This document shows, piece by piece, positions 36,568 through 49,088 of a DNA stretch of 64,000 bases. The first letter of the stretch is position 1, and each line of letters begins with the position of its first letter. The DNA lies in the NCBI GenBank assembly GCA_030704615.1, contig CM060734.1:22506001-22570000 (forward strand), written 5' to 3'. This DNA is from Takakia lepidozioides. Its lineage: Eukaryota; Plantae; Bryophyta. A program made the translations under genes and the position numbers. The notes under the pieces are model-generated. The model was given only the letters and a program-made list of their open reading frames with translations. It was not told where the DNA came from and did not search any database.

Positions 36568-36920
36568 AACCCTTCTCCTCAGCTCCTTGTCCAATATCCC
36601 ATACCAGAATTGGATTGCCTGAGCTTCTGTAACCTCTTGGGTTACATTTATCAAGCGCCTCATGCGAGTGAAAGCCTCCCTCAAGCTCTCAGTAGGCTTC
36701 CGTTGGAACTCTTGCAAGCTCCGCAACTTCTCTGTCATCACCCCTTGGTAGTTCCCTCTCAACTCTTCGAAGAACTCCACAACAGGGTTGAAGGCAGGCA
36801 CGGGTCACTTGCATGACCATGGGAATATCATGGCGATACTCCTCAAACCGTCCTCCATGAGCTCCTGAAATTTGGCCTTCAAACACCCATGCAGGTCCCC
36901 AAAACAGTCCGCCAAAGCCT

Positions 36921-37078
36921 CCACAGGTCACAGGCCCACACAGGTCACAGCCCATCACAGCCCCACACAGGTCACAGGGTCACAGCCATCACAGCCCCAC
37001 ACAGGCCACAGGTCACAGCCATCATAGCCCATCACAACCCGTCACAACCCCACACAGGTCACAGGGTCACAGCCCCCT
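36921..37078. repeat. Imperfect short tandem repeat built from cacaggtcacag / cacagcccc
   Basis: Directly visible reiteration. Confidence 0.8.
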
Positions 37079-39623
37079 CCATGGCCGCTCATGGCAGTTT
37101 AGCCATTTCTCCAAGGGGTTTAGCCACACCAAGCTAGGGTTTGTATCTCCTTGAACTCTAGGCTTCCTTGCACCGAGCTATGGCGGCTGTGAAGAAATCA
37201 ACAAGGTATTCTTGCTCTCTTCGACTCCCACACACCACCAATATTAGCTCTAAGTCATGAGGAAGATGCTTGCCTCAATCCAAGCCCTCTTTCTCACTTA
37301 AACTCCCCGAACACGCCACTCAAGACCGTGATAAGCAACCATGCCTTGCTGGTTTCCAGCCCTTGTAAGCACTAATTCATGCGCTCTCCTGGGCCATAAC
37401 ATGTATCTTAGAGCCTATTCAGCCCCCTACACCTGCCACTTTGAAAAGAGCCATGCTCTATCTAGGCTTGAAGTTGGAACCCCAACTCAAAACATGCTCT
37501 ACAAGTGCCGGACTGTCACCTAAGAGCAAATCAGCCCCTTACCTTCCCTTCTAGCTCTCCAAAGCTTAAAGATGGCGGCCTAACTAGGCTGAATGCATGC
37601 TCCACACATGCACTACTCCCACATAAGAGAAATCAGCCCTTCCCTTTTCCTTGCTTGCTCTCCAAGCTTGAAGATAAAAGCTTCAATGGGCTGAATGCAT
37701 GCTCCACACATGCATCCCTTTCACACAAGAGGTAATATGAGCCCCTATCTTGGCTCCTTGGCTCCTTGATGCTCTCTAAAACAAGACTAAGCACTCCATA
37801 GCCTTTGCCAAGCTCCTGAAACCCTAAGGCTTACATTTCCAGCCACAAGACACTCCTCTTGTGGTGCAAGAGCTCTTCTTCGAAGCTATGAAATCCTAGG
37901 TGCACATTCCATGGCCTTGCCGCACCTCTTAGCTCATGTTCCAGCCCTGCTCTTGTCATGGCAAGAGCCCTCTCAATGCTGAAGCTCGAGATTGAAACCC
38001 AATCTCAACATACTCCACAAAGTGCACGGATTTGCCCAAAGCCAAATCAGCCCTCTAGCTTGGTCTTTTAATCCTTCGCACAATGAAAGCTCACATTCCC
38101 AAGGCCAGTTCTCAGCCACTATAACTTGCTCTTGACTGATCCTCTTCCCAATCGTGCTTGCTCATCCCTGCTCATGCATGTACACAATCTGAAACCATCA
38201 AGGTGCTCTGGAATTACCTGCAGCACGGTGCTTTCGTCTCTGAAGCTGAAGATCGAATGCCAAGGTCCACCTTACTCGTAACGAGCATCGCCTCCGCTTC
38301 TAACAACCAAAAGCTCCATGGTGCTCTTTGCATACCAACCTGATTTCTCTCATTTTCATGCAAAAACCACAAGTGCTACAACTAGCTCGTATCTGGCACT
38401 AACAGATACGAGCTCATCTTTCTTGAGTGATAAACATGAAGAATACAAGCTCTCTCGAGCTCACAAACTTGCACATGAAACATCACTCATATATTAAGTC
38501 GAGCCAAGTACACCCCATGCTATGGGGAATCCATACTACGGCGCCATGGCTAGGCGCGGTGAGGCTCAACTCGAGAAAGATGAGCCTCCCGCGCTTGCCA
38601 TGAAGATAACCACTCCAGGGCCTGAAATCTGCCTTGACCCCTGGATTCACACTTGGGCCAATCTCAAATGTCAATATGTAAAAGCTAGCTACTTCCTAGC
38701 TAGTTTCACACTAGTGGTGAAATAACTTGGGGGATGCTAGTCCGTGAGCGGCTCACGTGAGCGGGAAGATGCTCACGCCAGAGGTTGTTGGGGCCCACAT
38801 CCGCGGACGGTGATAACCAGGGGACCTATTCCCGTGGGAACGAGCGAAAATGTAATGCATACCTAGATGTGCAGTTGGATGAATGGTGGATGGATGAAAA
38901 ATATTAGATGGATGGTGGATGGATGAGAAATTTTTAATGGATGGTGGATGGATATTGGTTGGATGTTACATGCATGATGGCTGAGTGTGGGGCGAATGAT
39001 GGATGATATATGCTGGAACACTGGATGAATGACGGAGTGACAAATTTGGAATGGTAGAATTTTCGGACAGTTGATGGATGGACTTATGTTTTGGATGCAT
39101 GAACAATATACGTACATATGTGTAAAGACTGGAAGTATTATGGACCCACAGAGATTGTATGAATGGACTTGCAAGTGAAGAGGAAATTTTTTATGTCCAA
39201 AAATGTCTTATGTAGACTATGTTTTGAAGGGAGGCACGTAGTTGAAGGAAGAGAAGCAATCTCCTCACAGTGGATTCCCTAGATATTCTCAAACAGGTGG
39301 AACCAATCGGAAAATGTCTATGCACTGGAACTTGTGGTAGCACCGGACTCCGACGCACTAATGTCCATAAAGATCCTAGCCCTGCTGTCCACATTTTCTA
39401 CACGATTGAAGCAATCTAGAGGGGGAGAGTCGCAGAGAGTAAACTCCCTAGTGGCAGCCTCCGCATAGCATGGCAACTGTAGGGGGGCATCTGGGCTCGG
39501 AAAAAATTCCGGGTTAGCAAAGAAAGGGATGCTTCTCCTTGTTTCTGGTGTCCTGCAAAGATTCCCAAAGTGGCAAGCCCAGTAAGCAGAAAGACAGGAC
39601 CGCGTTTGTGACAAAAACGAAGG

Positions 39624-42600
39624 TCAGAAAAAATGAAAAATCCGACATGTCATCCAAAACAAACCGGACTTACGTACACTCAAAGTCGGAGTCCATGTCG
39701 AGGTCTTCATCTGGAAGTTCCCGTTTGTCGAAAACTGTTTCCTTGTGTGGGGCCGATGCCGAGCCGGAGGTGAGTTGTTTTTAATCTCGCATGAAAACAG
39801 CTCCGTATCCCCCTCCATGCTGAAGAAGTGTCTACCGGCGCTCTTACAGGCATGGAATGTTGCACCTGCAAATGCACAGAACGAATGGTTAAAAAACCAA
39901 CCATCATTACAAAATTCCAAGATCATAGATACGGCAGAGAGACTTGGCAGGGCAAACCTGTTCCCAAAGAGAAGTCCACCACCCGCCCCCCATGCCGGCT
40001 GCAAGTCTCCACCAGAGTCTGCATGAATGCTGGAGATTTCTCCCGAGCACCTCTCTAAGGGACACCATTCATCCTTTTGATGGTCCGCCCGGAGTCCACG
40101 TAATTGTACAGGACATCGTCCCCCACAGGCTCGCAGGTGGGGTCGATGTGTGCTGCAAGATCTCTCAACTGGAACTCCGCAATACCGGGAGGGAGGGTGT
40201 CCTTTCGCATCCTCACCAAGCATAAAGCCTCGAACACCCGAGTCTGCATTGCCCCCCCAAAACACTCAGTTCTCGAATTTGCATAATGAACTGAACTGAA
40301 TGAAATTACCAGAAGAGGCAGTCCACCATTCTGAACTCACCCTCTGTCCTGTTAACTCTCCCTTGGAAAGTGGAAGAGTGTTGATACACGTCCATGTTTT
40401 GATGACCTTAAATCCGGAAGCCTTCATATAACTGAAAAGGGTTCTGCGCGCCAGCATGTCTTTTGACTGCAAAAGAAGAAGTGCTCCTGCATCAAACAAA
40501 AATTTGTCGATGAAGGAAAAAACCCACTGCCAGAAGAGGGCATCTGACTTGTTCCACGATGGCGTTGTGTTCGATGGGAGGACATCCGGCACAGGCAGAC
40601 CATCTGGAATGTCCAGCACCACTAGGTCTGTTGCGTACGCTTGCTGGCTTCCATTCACCCATTCAGGTCTTTTGGTGACCTGTTCCACATAACAAAAACA
40701 GTGGAATAGTTAGGAGCACAACACAATCTTGAACAAAGTAAAAAACACACCAAGCAAAGTTTTGTGTGGGCACCTTTGTGAGGAAAGAAACCAAGATGTC
40801 CCAAGTCTTCGATCTCTCTCCTTTGAATGTGGATTTTCTGGATTCCATCATTGCCAAGAAGCTCTCGTTAATCACCTCACTTTCATACTGACCCAAAACC
40901 CGAGAAGGGTGCTCTCTGGCCTCGTAAGGCTGTTCTTTAGTTTCGGAGTTCTCCTGTCCTTGCGAGTTGGAGAGGGCTGACGCTCCGTGGTGTCCTGCAC
41001 AGCCTGTTCCTGCCCAGCCACAATCTTCCCCTTACCCTTCCCATCACCTGCGCCCTTCCCTTTCCGTTTGGGAGTGCTACTTTTCTCCGGCTCCTTTGCT
41101 GCGAGGGTTTGAATTATTCTCTCCTGAATTTCCTTGTCACTGAGTGGTGAGGCAAGAGCTACTGCATTGTCATTGAAGTTGCGCATGACCACCTCCTCGA
41201 ACGGTGTGTTCTGTTTCGGCAAGTCCAGGTACCAAGCACAGTCTCTGAAGTGCCCCCTGCCCCAGTCCTTCGCGATTCCCGCAGTGTACATTGTCTTGTC
41301 CTCAGTGGGGTCCGCCCACATGAAAATGAAATCCGGTTCATCACTGAGGTACTTGCCGGGAATGAGGACATGATATATGTACCTGGAGAACACACCCAAA
41401 TGAACAATTTAGTGAAGGCCATTGTCCAGCAGACACATAAAGGTGGAAAAACAAAGTACCTCGATCAACCTTGCGTTGACGCAAGGTTGTTTGAGGCATC
41501 CCCACGAATTGCCAAAACCAGTAATGAAAACACAAAATTTGAAAATTACGAGCGTTGTACAACCTTGCATCAACGCAAGGCTGGACAATGCATTGAAGTT
41601 TAACTTAAATCTACAGCTAAAATCAAGCCTCAAACAACCTTGCGTTAACGCAAGGTTGAAATGAGTCTGTAAAATGAATATTGAGAGGCAGAATTTGAAA
41701 CGAAGAGACAGTGGAGAAGAAGAGAATGAACGGAAAATGTACGTCTACGTGCAGACAATTTCAAAAAAATCCTGTTCTGCAGGACCTACATCCAACCTTG
41801 CGTCAACGCAAGGTTGGAACATGCCTGGAGAAGTAGCATACAACAAAACGGAAAAATGTTCATGAAGTGCAGAACCACCAGCCCGAATCAACCTTGCGTT
41901 GACGCAAGGTTAAATTGCGTCTGGAAAAGGAACGGCAGACGATCAGAGTAGCCTCACATTGGCAGTCCCAAACCATGCCTTGCAACAACATAAGATTGAT
42001 TCGATGAGGAAAAACGGAACCACAAAAAGAAGAAATGAATAAACATGATACCTGTACAAGACTTGCTTCATAGCTTGCTCGCTATTGTACTGATTCTTGA
42101 ACTCATTCGACCTGGAAATGCCTTTGTCTCTTTCAAACTCCCTGAAGAAACAGTTGTTCCATATAGCACCTTTCCAGCTCCGAATGTATTGCTCAAGAGA
42201 GATTCTAGGTGTTGTCATGGTGATTTTATAGTCAGTCAAGGACTCTCCCAGTGCTGAAATAGCACGCTTCTCCAGCTGTTCCAACAAGGCAAATGTGAGG
42301 CTCTGGAGCCAAGCAACACGGAATCATGAAAAAATGGGGACTACAAGAATGAATGTTAGTTTCTCTCACCTGGCTCCAGAATGTAGCTTTGTGAAGCCAT
42401 TGGTCGAAAGAGTGGTCACTCACCACTTTTATCACATTGGTTTTGGGGTCTTTCTCTGTTCTTGGAAACCCATACGTGTCATTCACCAGAGGATCCGAGT
42501 TCCAAATCTCCATCCATCTGATTTTGGTTGCGGTGTACACCATTGAAATGGACAGGCGATGAAGTTTCTCTTGTGTCATTTCGGGTTTAGTTCCATACTT

Positions 42601-43520
42601 GTCGTAGTGCACTTTCACCTGCTCCAGGAACTCCGAGCCGAGATCGGGATCTGCAATGCGGATTTGTTTGTCAAACACACTCAGCAGGTTCTTTCTGTGG
42701 TTATCCATCTCAAACCGGATTGCCTCCGCCACCCCCACAACAGACCTCTCCTCCTCTGCGTGAGTGGCGTAGTATTCGGCCTTCGCCTTCAAGCCTGTCT
42801 CCGCTATCTCTTGCTGCAAACAATCCAAAATATATGATCATTTAGTTCACATCCATTGAAAATAGGGAACAAACTAGTCTGAATTTCAATTCGGTTTAAG
42901 TTTCCTTACCGTGTACATGTAGTCAAGAAATGCCTCTCTTGTCAGGCTATACCAGGTGACGAGCTTCTTCTCCCTGCATCTCTTCATTTGACTTGTACTC
43001 AACACGTTCGCAAACGATTCCAGAGGCATCATACCGATCTTCTGGATCCGAAAAAGAGTGTGGCAGAGGTTGGTTGTTACGTGCGAGGTTTCGTTTGATT
43101 TGCATTGAACAGTCACTTTTCCAATTAAGAGAAAAACAACCACAAACATAGCAATGCAATCACACAATGCACAACAATTTCGGAAAACTTACTTGTTGAT
43201 GTCGTGCATGGCAGTGAGCAGTTGTGTGATTTGTCCTTTGTGATCCAGGACCGTAGAATGAACGCTACAGTGCCAATCCTATTCGTTAGAGTGCAATTCG
43301 GATATGTAGTCCATCCAGGCAAGCAACCGGTGATTGCCATCCCATACAAAAAACATCTTCCCCATGAAAACTTTCGTGGAAGCCTTCTTGGACAATTTGG
43401 CCTCGAACTCCCTTTTAACTTCAAGCCAACATGCATCCCAACCTTCCTCTATCTCTTCTGATACAGGGCACTCTTCGCCCTTCGTGTCAGTGGTGGAAAC
43501 ATAAAACACCGCAGAACCTT
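39624..43520 (-). pseudogene. Multi-exon gene: ParB/Srx-like domain fused to a beta-class N4-C/N6-A DNA methyltransferase fold (5'-truncated, nonsense mutations)
   Basis: ParB-like FFVWDGNHRLLAW (~43324-43348). MTase motif IV region DLVVLDIPDG (~40600-40629), DKFLFDAGALLL, motif X REKSPAFMQTLVETCS, motif I GRVVDFSLGT|GAT (spliced ~39958 to ~39865), motif II GRHFFSMEGD. About 9 exons, mostly with GT-AG boundaries. Confidence 0.8.
41466..41912. repeat. Five copies of the 24-bp palindrome CAACCTTGCGT-YR-ACGCAAGGTTG in one intron
   Basis: Copies at 41466, 41560, 41635, 41793 and 41889, separated by unrelated sequence. Confidence 0.95.
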
Positions 43521-43526
43521 TCACAT

Positions 43527-44815
43527 GTTGGCCCACCATGTCGGGAAGCTCTATATTACTTGCATTAGTCGCTTGCAAGCAAAATGAGTGTACTCCCTGA
43601 ATTCCTTGTCCGTATAGGTGAGAGGTGTGCCAATGACTTTGGAGTAGTGTAAGTATTTCCAAGCCTCATGTCCCTTATAAAAAATATCGTCAGGGCCCAA
43701 TTTTTCCTTGGTCAAGTTGGTCCAAGCCAAATTAAACCATGAACGAAGTTGAGAATCCTTCTGCAACATGACTTTCGCATCATACAGATACATATGGGGT
43801 GGAATTGAAGGTAAGACCCAATGATCCCCAGTGGAATAGCTCAGAAATCTTGACTGCATCTTCTGCTGCTCAATGTGATAACGTGCGATGAAACAAGCAG
43901 CATAGTATAATCCACAACCCATGACCAAACTAGATACCTCCTTGGTCTTGTGTAGATGTACCATGAACAACCTGGAAGCAATAATTTCCTTCAACATGGT
44001 GCCTGCCTCAGACCAGTACCTTGCAAAATGATGATCCTCAATGGGTCGATAGTTCAGTGGTCTGATCTTCTTGGGCGTCTCAGGAATCCTGCGTGGCATA
44101 CAGTGTTGGCCCACCATGTCCGGAAGCTTAAACTGTACTACTTGCATCAATCGCTTGCAAAGAAAATGAGTGTACTCCCTGAATTCCTTGTCCGTATAGG
44201 TGAGAGGTGTGCCAATGACTTTGGAATAGTGTAAGTATTTCCAGGCTTCATGTCCCTTATAAAAAATATCATCAGGCCCAATTTTTCTTGGTCAAGTTGG
44301 TCCAAGCCAAATTAAACCATGAACGAAGTTGGGAATCCTCTGCAACATGACTTTCGCATCATATAATACATATGGGGTGGAATTGAAGGTAAGACCCAAT
44401 GATCCCCAGTGGAATAAACTCCGAAATCTTGACTGCAATCTTCTTCTGCTCATGTGATCACGTGCGATGAAACAAGCAGCATAGTACAATCCACAGCCCA
44501 TGACCAAACTAGATACCTCCTTGGTCTTGGTGTAGATGTACCCATGAACAACCTGGAAGGCAATTAATTCCTTCAACATGGTGCCTGCCTCAGACCAGTA
44601 CCTTGTAAAATGATGATCCTCAATGGGGCGGTTGTTCGGAAGAACCTTAGTCCGAGTTGCCACTGGCAACCAAATGCGCATGATATGGTAATAATGTGTT
44701 AAAGACTGTGGAGGACTGAATCCCTTCCAAGCCAAATCCATCACAATGGGAATTTGGTTGAAGGGCATTATCATAGCCCGATTGTACTCAAGTGCAGCAG
44801 GAGTCTTAGGATCTT
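43527..44815 (-). pseudogene. Tandemly duplicated (~577-bp period) coding segment of an unknown protein
   Basis: RPIEDHHF(A/T)RYWSEAGTMLKE…MGCGLYYAACFIAR…LPDMVGQH occurs twice (43527-44050 and 44104-44630). Confidence 0.7.
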
Positions 44816-47790
44816 CGAATTCAAACTCGTGCAAGATTATTAACCATCTTGCTATCCTGCCACTTATCAAAGGCTTGTTCACCAGATAAATCAAAGTCTG
44901 ATGATCCACATCGCGCTTCACTGGTGTGTATAAATTACTTGTAGGGTTCTTTACTTTACTTTGCGTCTTCCTTCCCAATAGGTAATGCCTGAATTTCTTG
45001 ACTGCATATATCATTGCCAATGCTTATCTTTCAGTGGTGCTATAGTTCCTTTCAGCACTGTTCAACAACCTACTAGCATAATACACATGTGAATCTATGT
45101 TTCCTGTGATATTTTGGGCTAACACAGCTCCCAATGCTTCTCCTGAGGCATCACAGTGTACATGAAATACTATATGCCAATGTGGGTTAATCAGCACAGG
45201 TGTAGTTGTTACTGACAATGTAAGTGCCTCAAATGCCTGTTGACATTCAGCTGTCCATGCAAATACTGCAAACAGCCAACAGAATTGAGCAGTTAGAAAT
45301 GCTCAGGAGAGAGAAAAGGGATGATGTGGACTCTGAAGATGAGTCAGATGAAAAAGAAGAGCAAGAGCTCAAGATGAAAAGTAAGAAGAAAAGTTGGAGA
45401 GGGATAACTATGAGAAAAGATTGGAGGAAATCTTGAGAAAGTATGCCACAGAGGCTGCAACACATTGGATGAAAGGTGTTTGGTGTGCAAAATGTCAGAA
45501 TGAAGGCCATACCACAGCTGAATGCCACATGAAGGAGAAACATTGTACTATTTGTAAAATGGATAACCATTCTACTGAGAATTGTTATTACAACAGAAGG
45601 ACAGCTGCAAGAGAACCTAGGCAAGTAAGGGTGCATCAAGTGCAGCCCCAGCCAAGAAGAAACAATGATCAGGACCACTATGGAAGGCTTGGTGGTTATA
45701 ACAATGGTATGGCAGGGAGAGGTAATCCAAGAGGGAATTACCAAGGCAATCCCAGGGGCAACTATCAGGGTAATCCAAGGGGGAATTACCAGCCAGGGAA
45801 TCAGGATTATAGAAATAATTCCAGAGCAGACCAAGGGCGAGGACCCAATGGTGAATAACTGTGTTATTATTGTAACCAGGCAGGACATCGGAAGGTAGTC
45901 TGTCCATTCTGGATCAGACACCAGAATGAGATGAGAGCTCCTGTGAATGAGGGCCCAGTGGTGGCAGCTCACATGGTTAGGCCATGTTTTGTACCAGAAG
46001 TGAGTACAATGATAGTGACTTAAGCAAAGTTAAACTAATACCTCCAGTGGATGAGGAAGAAGATAATAATAGGATGGCAGTGATGTGCCTGAAGATGATG
46101 AGGCTTGGAGAGATGAGAAGGAACTACACAGAGAAGTGGCTCACACCATAAGGGAAATGTAGAAGAATACTGATATCCCTATGGCAGATTCTTTTTACTC
46201 TGATAGAGATGATAGAGAGGGTGAAGATGAAGTGAAGAAAGTTGCACAAGTGCAGAGTAATGAAGGGACTCTGGCTGAAGTAATATGCCAGACCAAAGCT
46301 GAGATTAACATTGGACAGCTATTGGCTGTAGCACCTCATTGTAGGCACAGGCTGTATCAAGCAATTAATCAGATTGCTCATATGACAGAGAACGCAGACC
46401 TGAGCAGCAAGGTGGCAAGTTATAATGTGAAGCCTGAAGGGCAAGAACAGTCCTGGACTTTGATGATTCTATGCCAGTAATCCAATTGAGAATTGGAAGC
46501 ACAAACTTGACTGATGTACTGATAGACGGAGGCTCAGGAGTGAATATTATGACAGACCAATTAAGGCAGAAGCTTGGTATGAGTAACATGAAACCAGCCC
46601 CATTTACAGTAACAATGGCAGATCAAAGGAGTGTACAGCCTTTAGGCTTGATAAGAGGAGTGAAGATACAGATCCAAAAGATGATTTTTAAGATCACAGT
46701 GACTGTGTTGAAAATGGATGATGTTATGGAAGCTTACTCCTTATTACCATGGTTGAAACAGGCCAGGGTATTCCATGACTGGAATTCCCAGTTACTAACT
46801 GTACATGATGGGAAGTACAAGATACAAGTGACCACTAAGAAATCTAGTCGGCTACCTGCTACCAGAAGACCTCGTGGAGTCAGAGAGTATGACTGAAGGG
46901 GAGGACTTGATGAAGAGCAGGAGGCTACCCTGTTTGCTGCACACCCAGAGTGGGAGCAGGTTGCAGAAATGCAACTGGGAGGCCTGAGTTGTTTTAAAGG
47001 TATCTGTTGTGGTGCAGTAACACCAACACCAATTGAGGATGAAACAAGTAGTTACCCACCACATTTCTATGAGGAAAGAGAGGGAGAAATGGAAATCCTA
47101 GAAGAACCAGCCACTGTGAGTTTACAGGATGAAGTAGTGGCTGGGTGGACAATCACAGCTGAGGAGCAGGTGAGAGACGTGAATGTGGGAACTGAGGAGG
47201 AGCCAAGAATGGTGAAAGTAGGGGCTGACTTGGAGCCAGAATTCTTTGAGGAAGCTAAGAGCCTGTTTATCAAATACAAAGATGTATTTGCTTGGAGCTA
47301 TGAGGATCTGAAAGGGATACCACCTGAGACTTGCCAGCATAAGATTGAACTGGAACCAGGGTCGGTACCAATCAAACAGGCTAGGTACAGGATGAATCCT
47401 AACTATGCACAGAAGGTTGGGGAAGAGATCAAGAAGTTGGCTGAGGCTAAGTTCATACCCCAAGGAGTATACAACTTGGTGTCACCCATTGTGATAGTTC
47501 CCAAGAAGAATGGCAAATTGAGAGTTTGTGTAAACTATAAGAAGTTGATTCAGTGGGTATAACCAAGTGCAAGTGGCAGAAGAAGACCAGGGAAAGACAG
47601 CCTTCATAACGGACTGGGGTGCTTATGCATACAAAGTCATGCATTTTGGACTTTGTAATGCACCAGCAACTTTCCAGAGGGTGATAAGTGAATCTTTTCA
47701 TGAGTATCTGGATGATTTCATGCAAGTGTTCTTAGATGACTTCAGTGTGTACAGCTCTAAGAATGAGCACTTGCAGAAGTTGGAATTATG
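44816..47790. mobile_element. Rearranged Ty3/gypsy remnant: RNase H on the - strand (44816-45240); gag, protease and RT on the + strand (45245-47790)
   Basis: HCDASGEALGAVLAQ, YYASRLL, ARWLIILHEFEF (-). CAKCQNEGH, (GNPRGNYQ)x3, VLIDGGSGVNIM, YRMNPNY, FGLCNAPATFQR, FLDDFSVY (+). Confidence 0.88.
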
Positions 47791-47814
47791 TAATTCCATG
47801 AATAGCTTCAATGA

Positions 47815-49088
47815 TGAAGGCATTGGGGTTGTCTGGTTTGTGTGGGGAGGTTGGGGGTGGCATGAGTGGGGTTGATTGAAGAGAGGCAGGGGTATTTGAC
47901 AGGTCGTTAGGGAGGGTTGAAGGAGGTGGGGGGCAGCCGTGGCCTGTTGTGTTATGTGGAGTAGGGGACGATGAGGAGGAAAGGTTAGGGTCAATGGATG
48001 CAGAGTTATGATTGTTGTATGACGCTTTAAGCTTTTTGGATAATATCGGGCAGACCTATATTGGGGTAGCAAGTCTTGGGGAGTTTGTGGAAAATGCAAA
48101 CAGGGGATCTCACAGTCAGGGATCAGCGGTAGGTCATCTGCGTGTGAGGGCATGTATAGATGTATGAGGGCGATGGGGTGGAGTGCAGGTAAATGCAATT
48201 GGATGATTTGAAGATGGGAGCGTAGAGGAATAGGAATCGGTAGCTTAGTTGTAGTGCTGGGGGAGTGGTGTGTGCGCAGGATGCCTAGCGCAACACTCCC
48301 CCGGGTAGGGTGGTACGGGGCTGATCGCCGTGTGAGGCACTGTGCGGCAGAGAAAGGGTTTCCATATAATAGGTAATAGACGGGGAGGAGTTTGTTTATA
48401 TAAGAGCTGTTAGTTTCTTGTATAAGAATAATGTGTGGAGGCGTAGAATCCGTGAGGAGACGTATGAGGCTATGGATACTGGTAGCCAAGGAACCGGCAT
48501 TCCAAGTGGTTATATTAAGTAAGTTTGTGTGCTGGGAATGGATGGGTTGGGAGTGACTAGATGCAGTGGGTGATGGAGAGTCTCTGTTTTGGGTAGGTGT
48601 GAGTGTCGAGGGTAGGGGTGGAGGTGGCGCAGATGATGGTTGATAACCGGCAATGGTGGATCTGGCCTGGGTGGTGGCAGTTAGGATGCTTTCGGATAGG
48701 AATGGAAATTTACTGGCGATAGTATCTGAGTCAGCATGGGGTTGCTAATTGTTCACCGAGTATTTTGTGAACTTCCCCGGGTTTGGATTGTAAGAGGTGA
48801 AGTGATGTATGGAGGTCAGATAGGTAGTGTGGGAGGGCTTGGTATTGGTGGGGCTGCTCGGGCAGGGTTTGTAATTTGAGTAGAAGGGCGTGGATGTGTG
48901 CGTCTGCATGAGCTACAAAGTAGTCGTTACATATCTCGGTTAGTGGGGAGATGATGATGATCAGGTGGGTGAGAGTCTGTAGTAGTGGTGACCATAGTGG
49001 GACATCTAGTGCAATTTCCAGCCGGATACCAAATAGGGTAGGGGCTAGAGCCAACAAGATAGCGGAAGAAAGGTAACTGGGTGGTTGG
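47815..49088 (-). mobile_element. LINE copy 2 fragment (pre-APE region and APE N-terminus, rearranged)
   Basis: ITTWNAGSL, HIILIQET, IHLYMPSHADDL; homologous to ~16450-17270. Confidence 0.85.

Larger units (their letters stand above)
29976..36880 (-). mobile_element. Ty3/gypsy retrotransposon encoding gag-PR-DNMT-RT-RNaseH-INT-PHD (decayed, internal inversion, 5' LTR not found)
   Basis: Domain motifs are listed in the following features. PPT at 30128-30140 abuts a candidate short 3' LTR at 29976-30127 (TGTCGTG…CACCACA on the + strand). Confidence 0.9.
38730..43520. mobile_element. Truncated MULE-related element (E3) carrying a ParB-like/methyltransferase gene
   Basis: Terminus GGGGATGCTAGTCCGTGAGCGG matches the 635 terminus at 18 of 22 positions and is followed by GTGAGC/GCTCAC repeats. 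The second end and transposase are absent; linkage of the gene to this terminus is inferred from adjacency. Confidence 0.6.

Noticed and set aside
38870-39100. GGAT-rich tract as a microsatellite target of a site-specific transposon
   Set aside because: It lies inside the E3 terminus rather than flanking it and is highly degenerate.
33620-43520. Bacterial contamination or a restriction-modification locus as the source of the two methyltransferases
   Set aside because: One gene has spliceosomal introns and the other is embedded in a gypsy pol; there is no operon or restriction enzyme.
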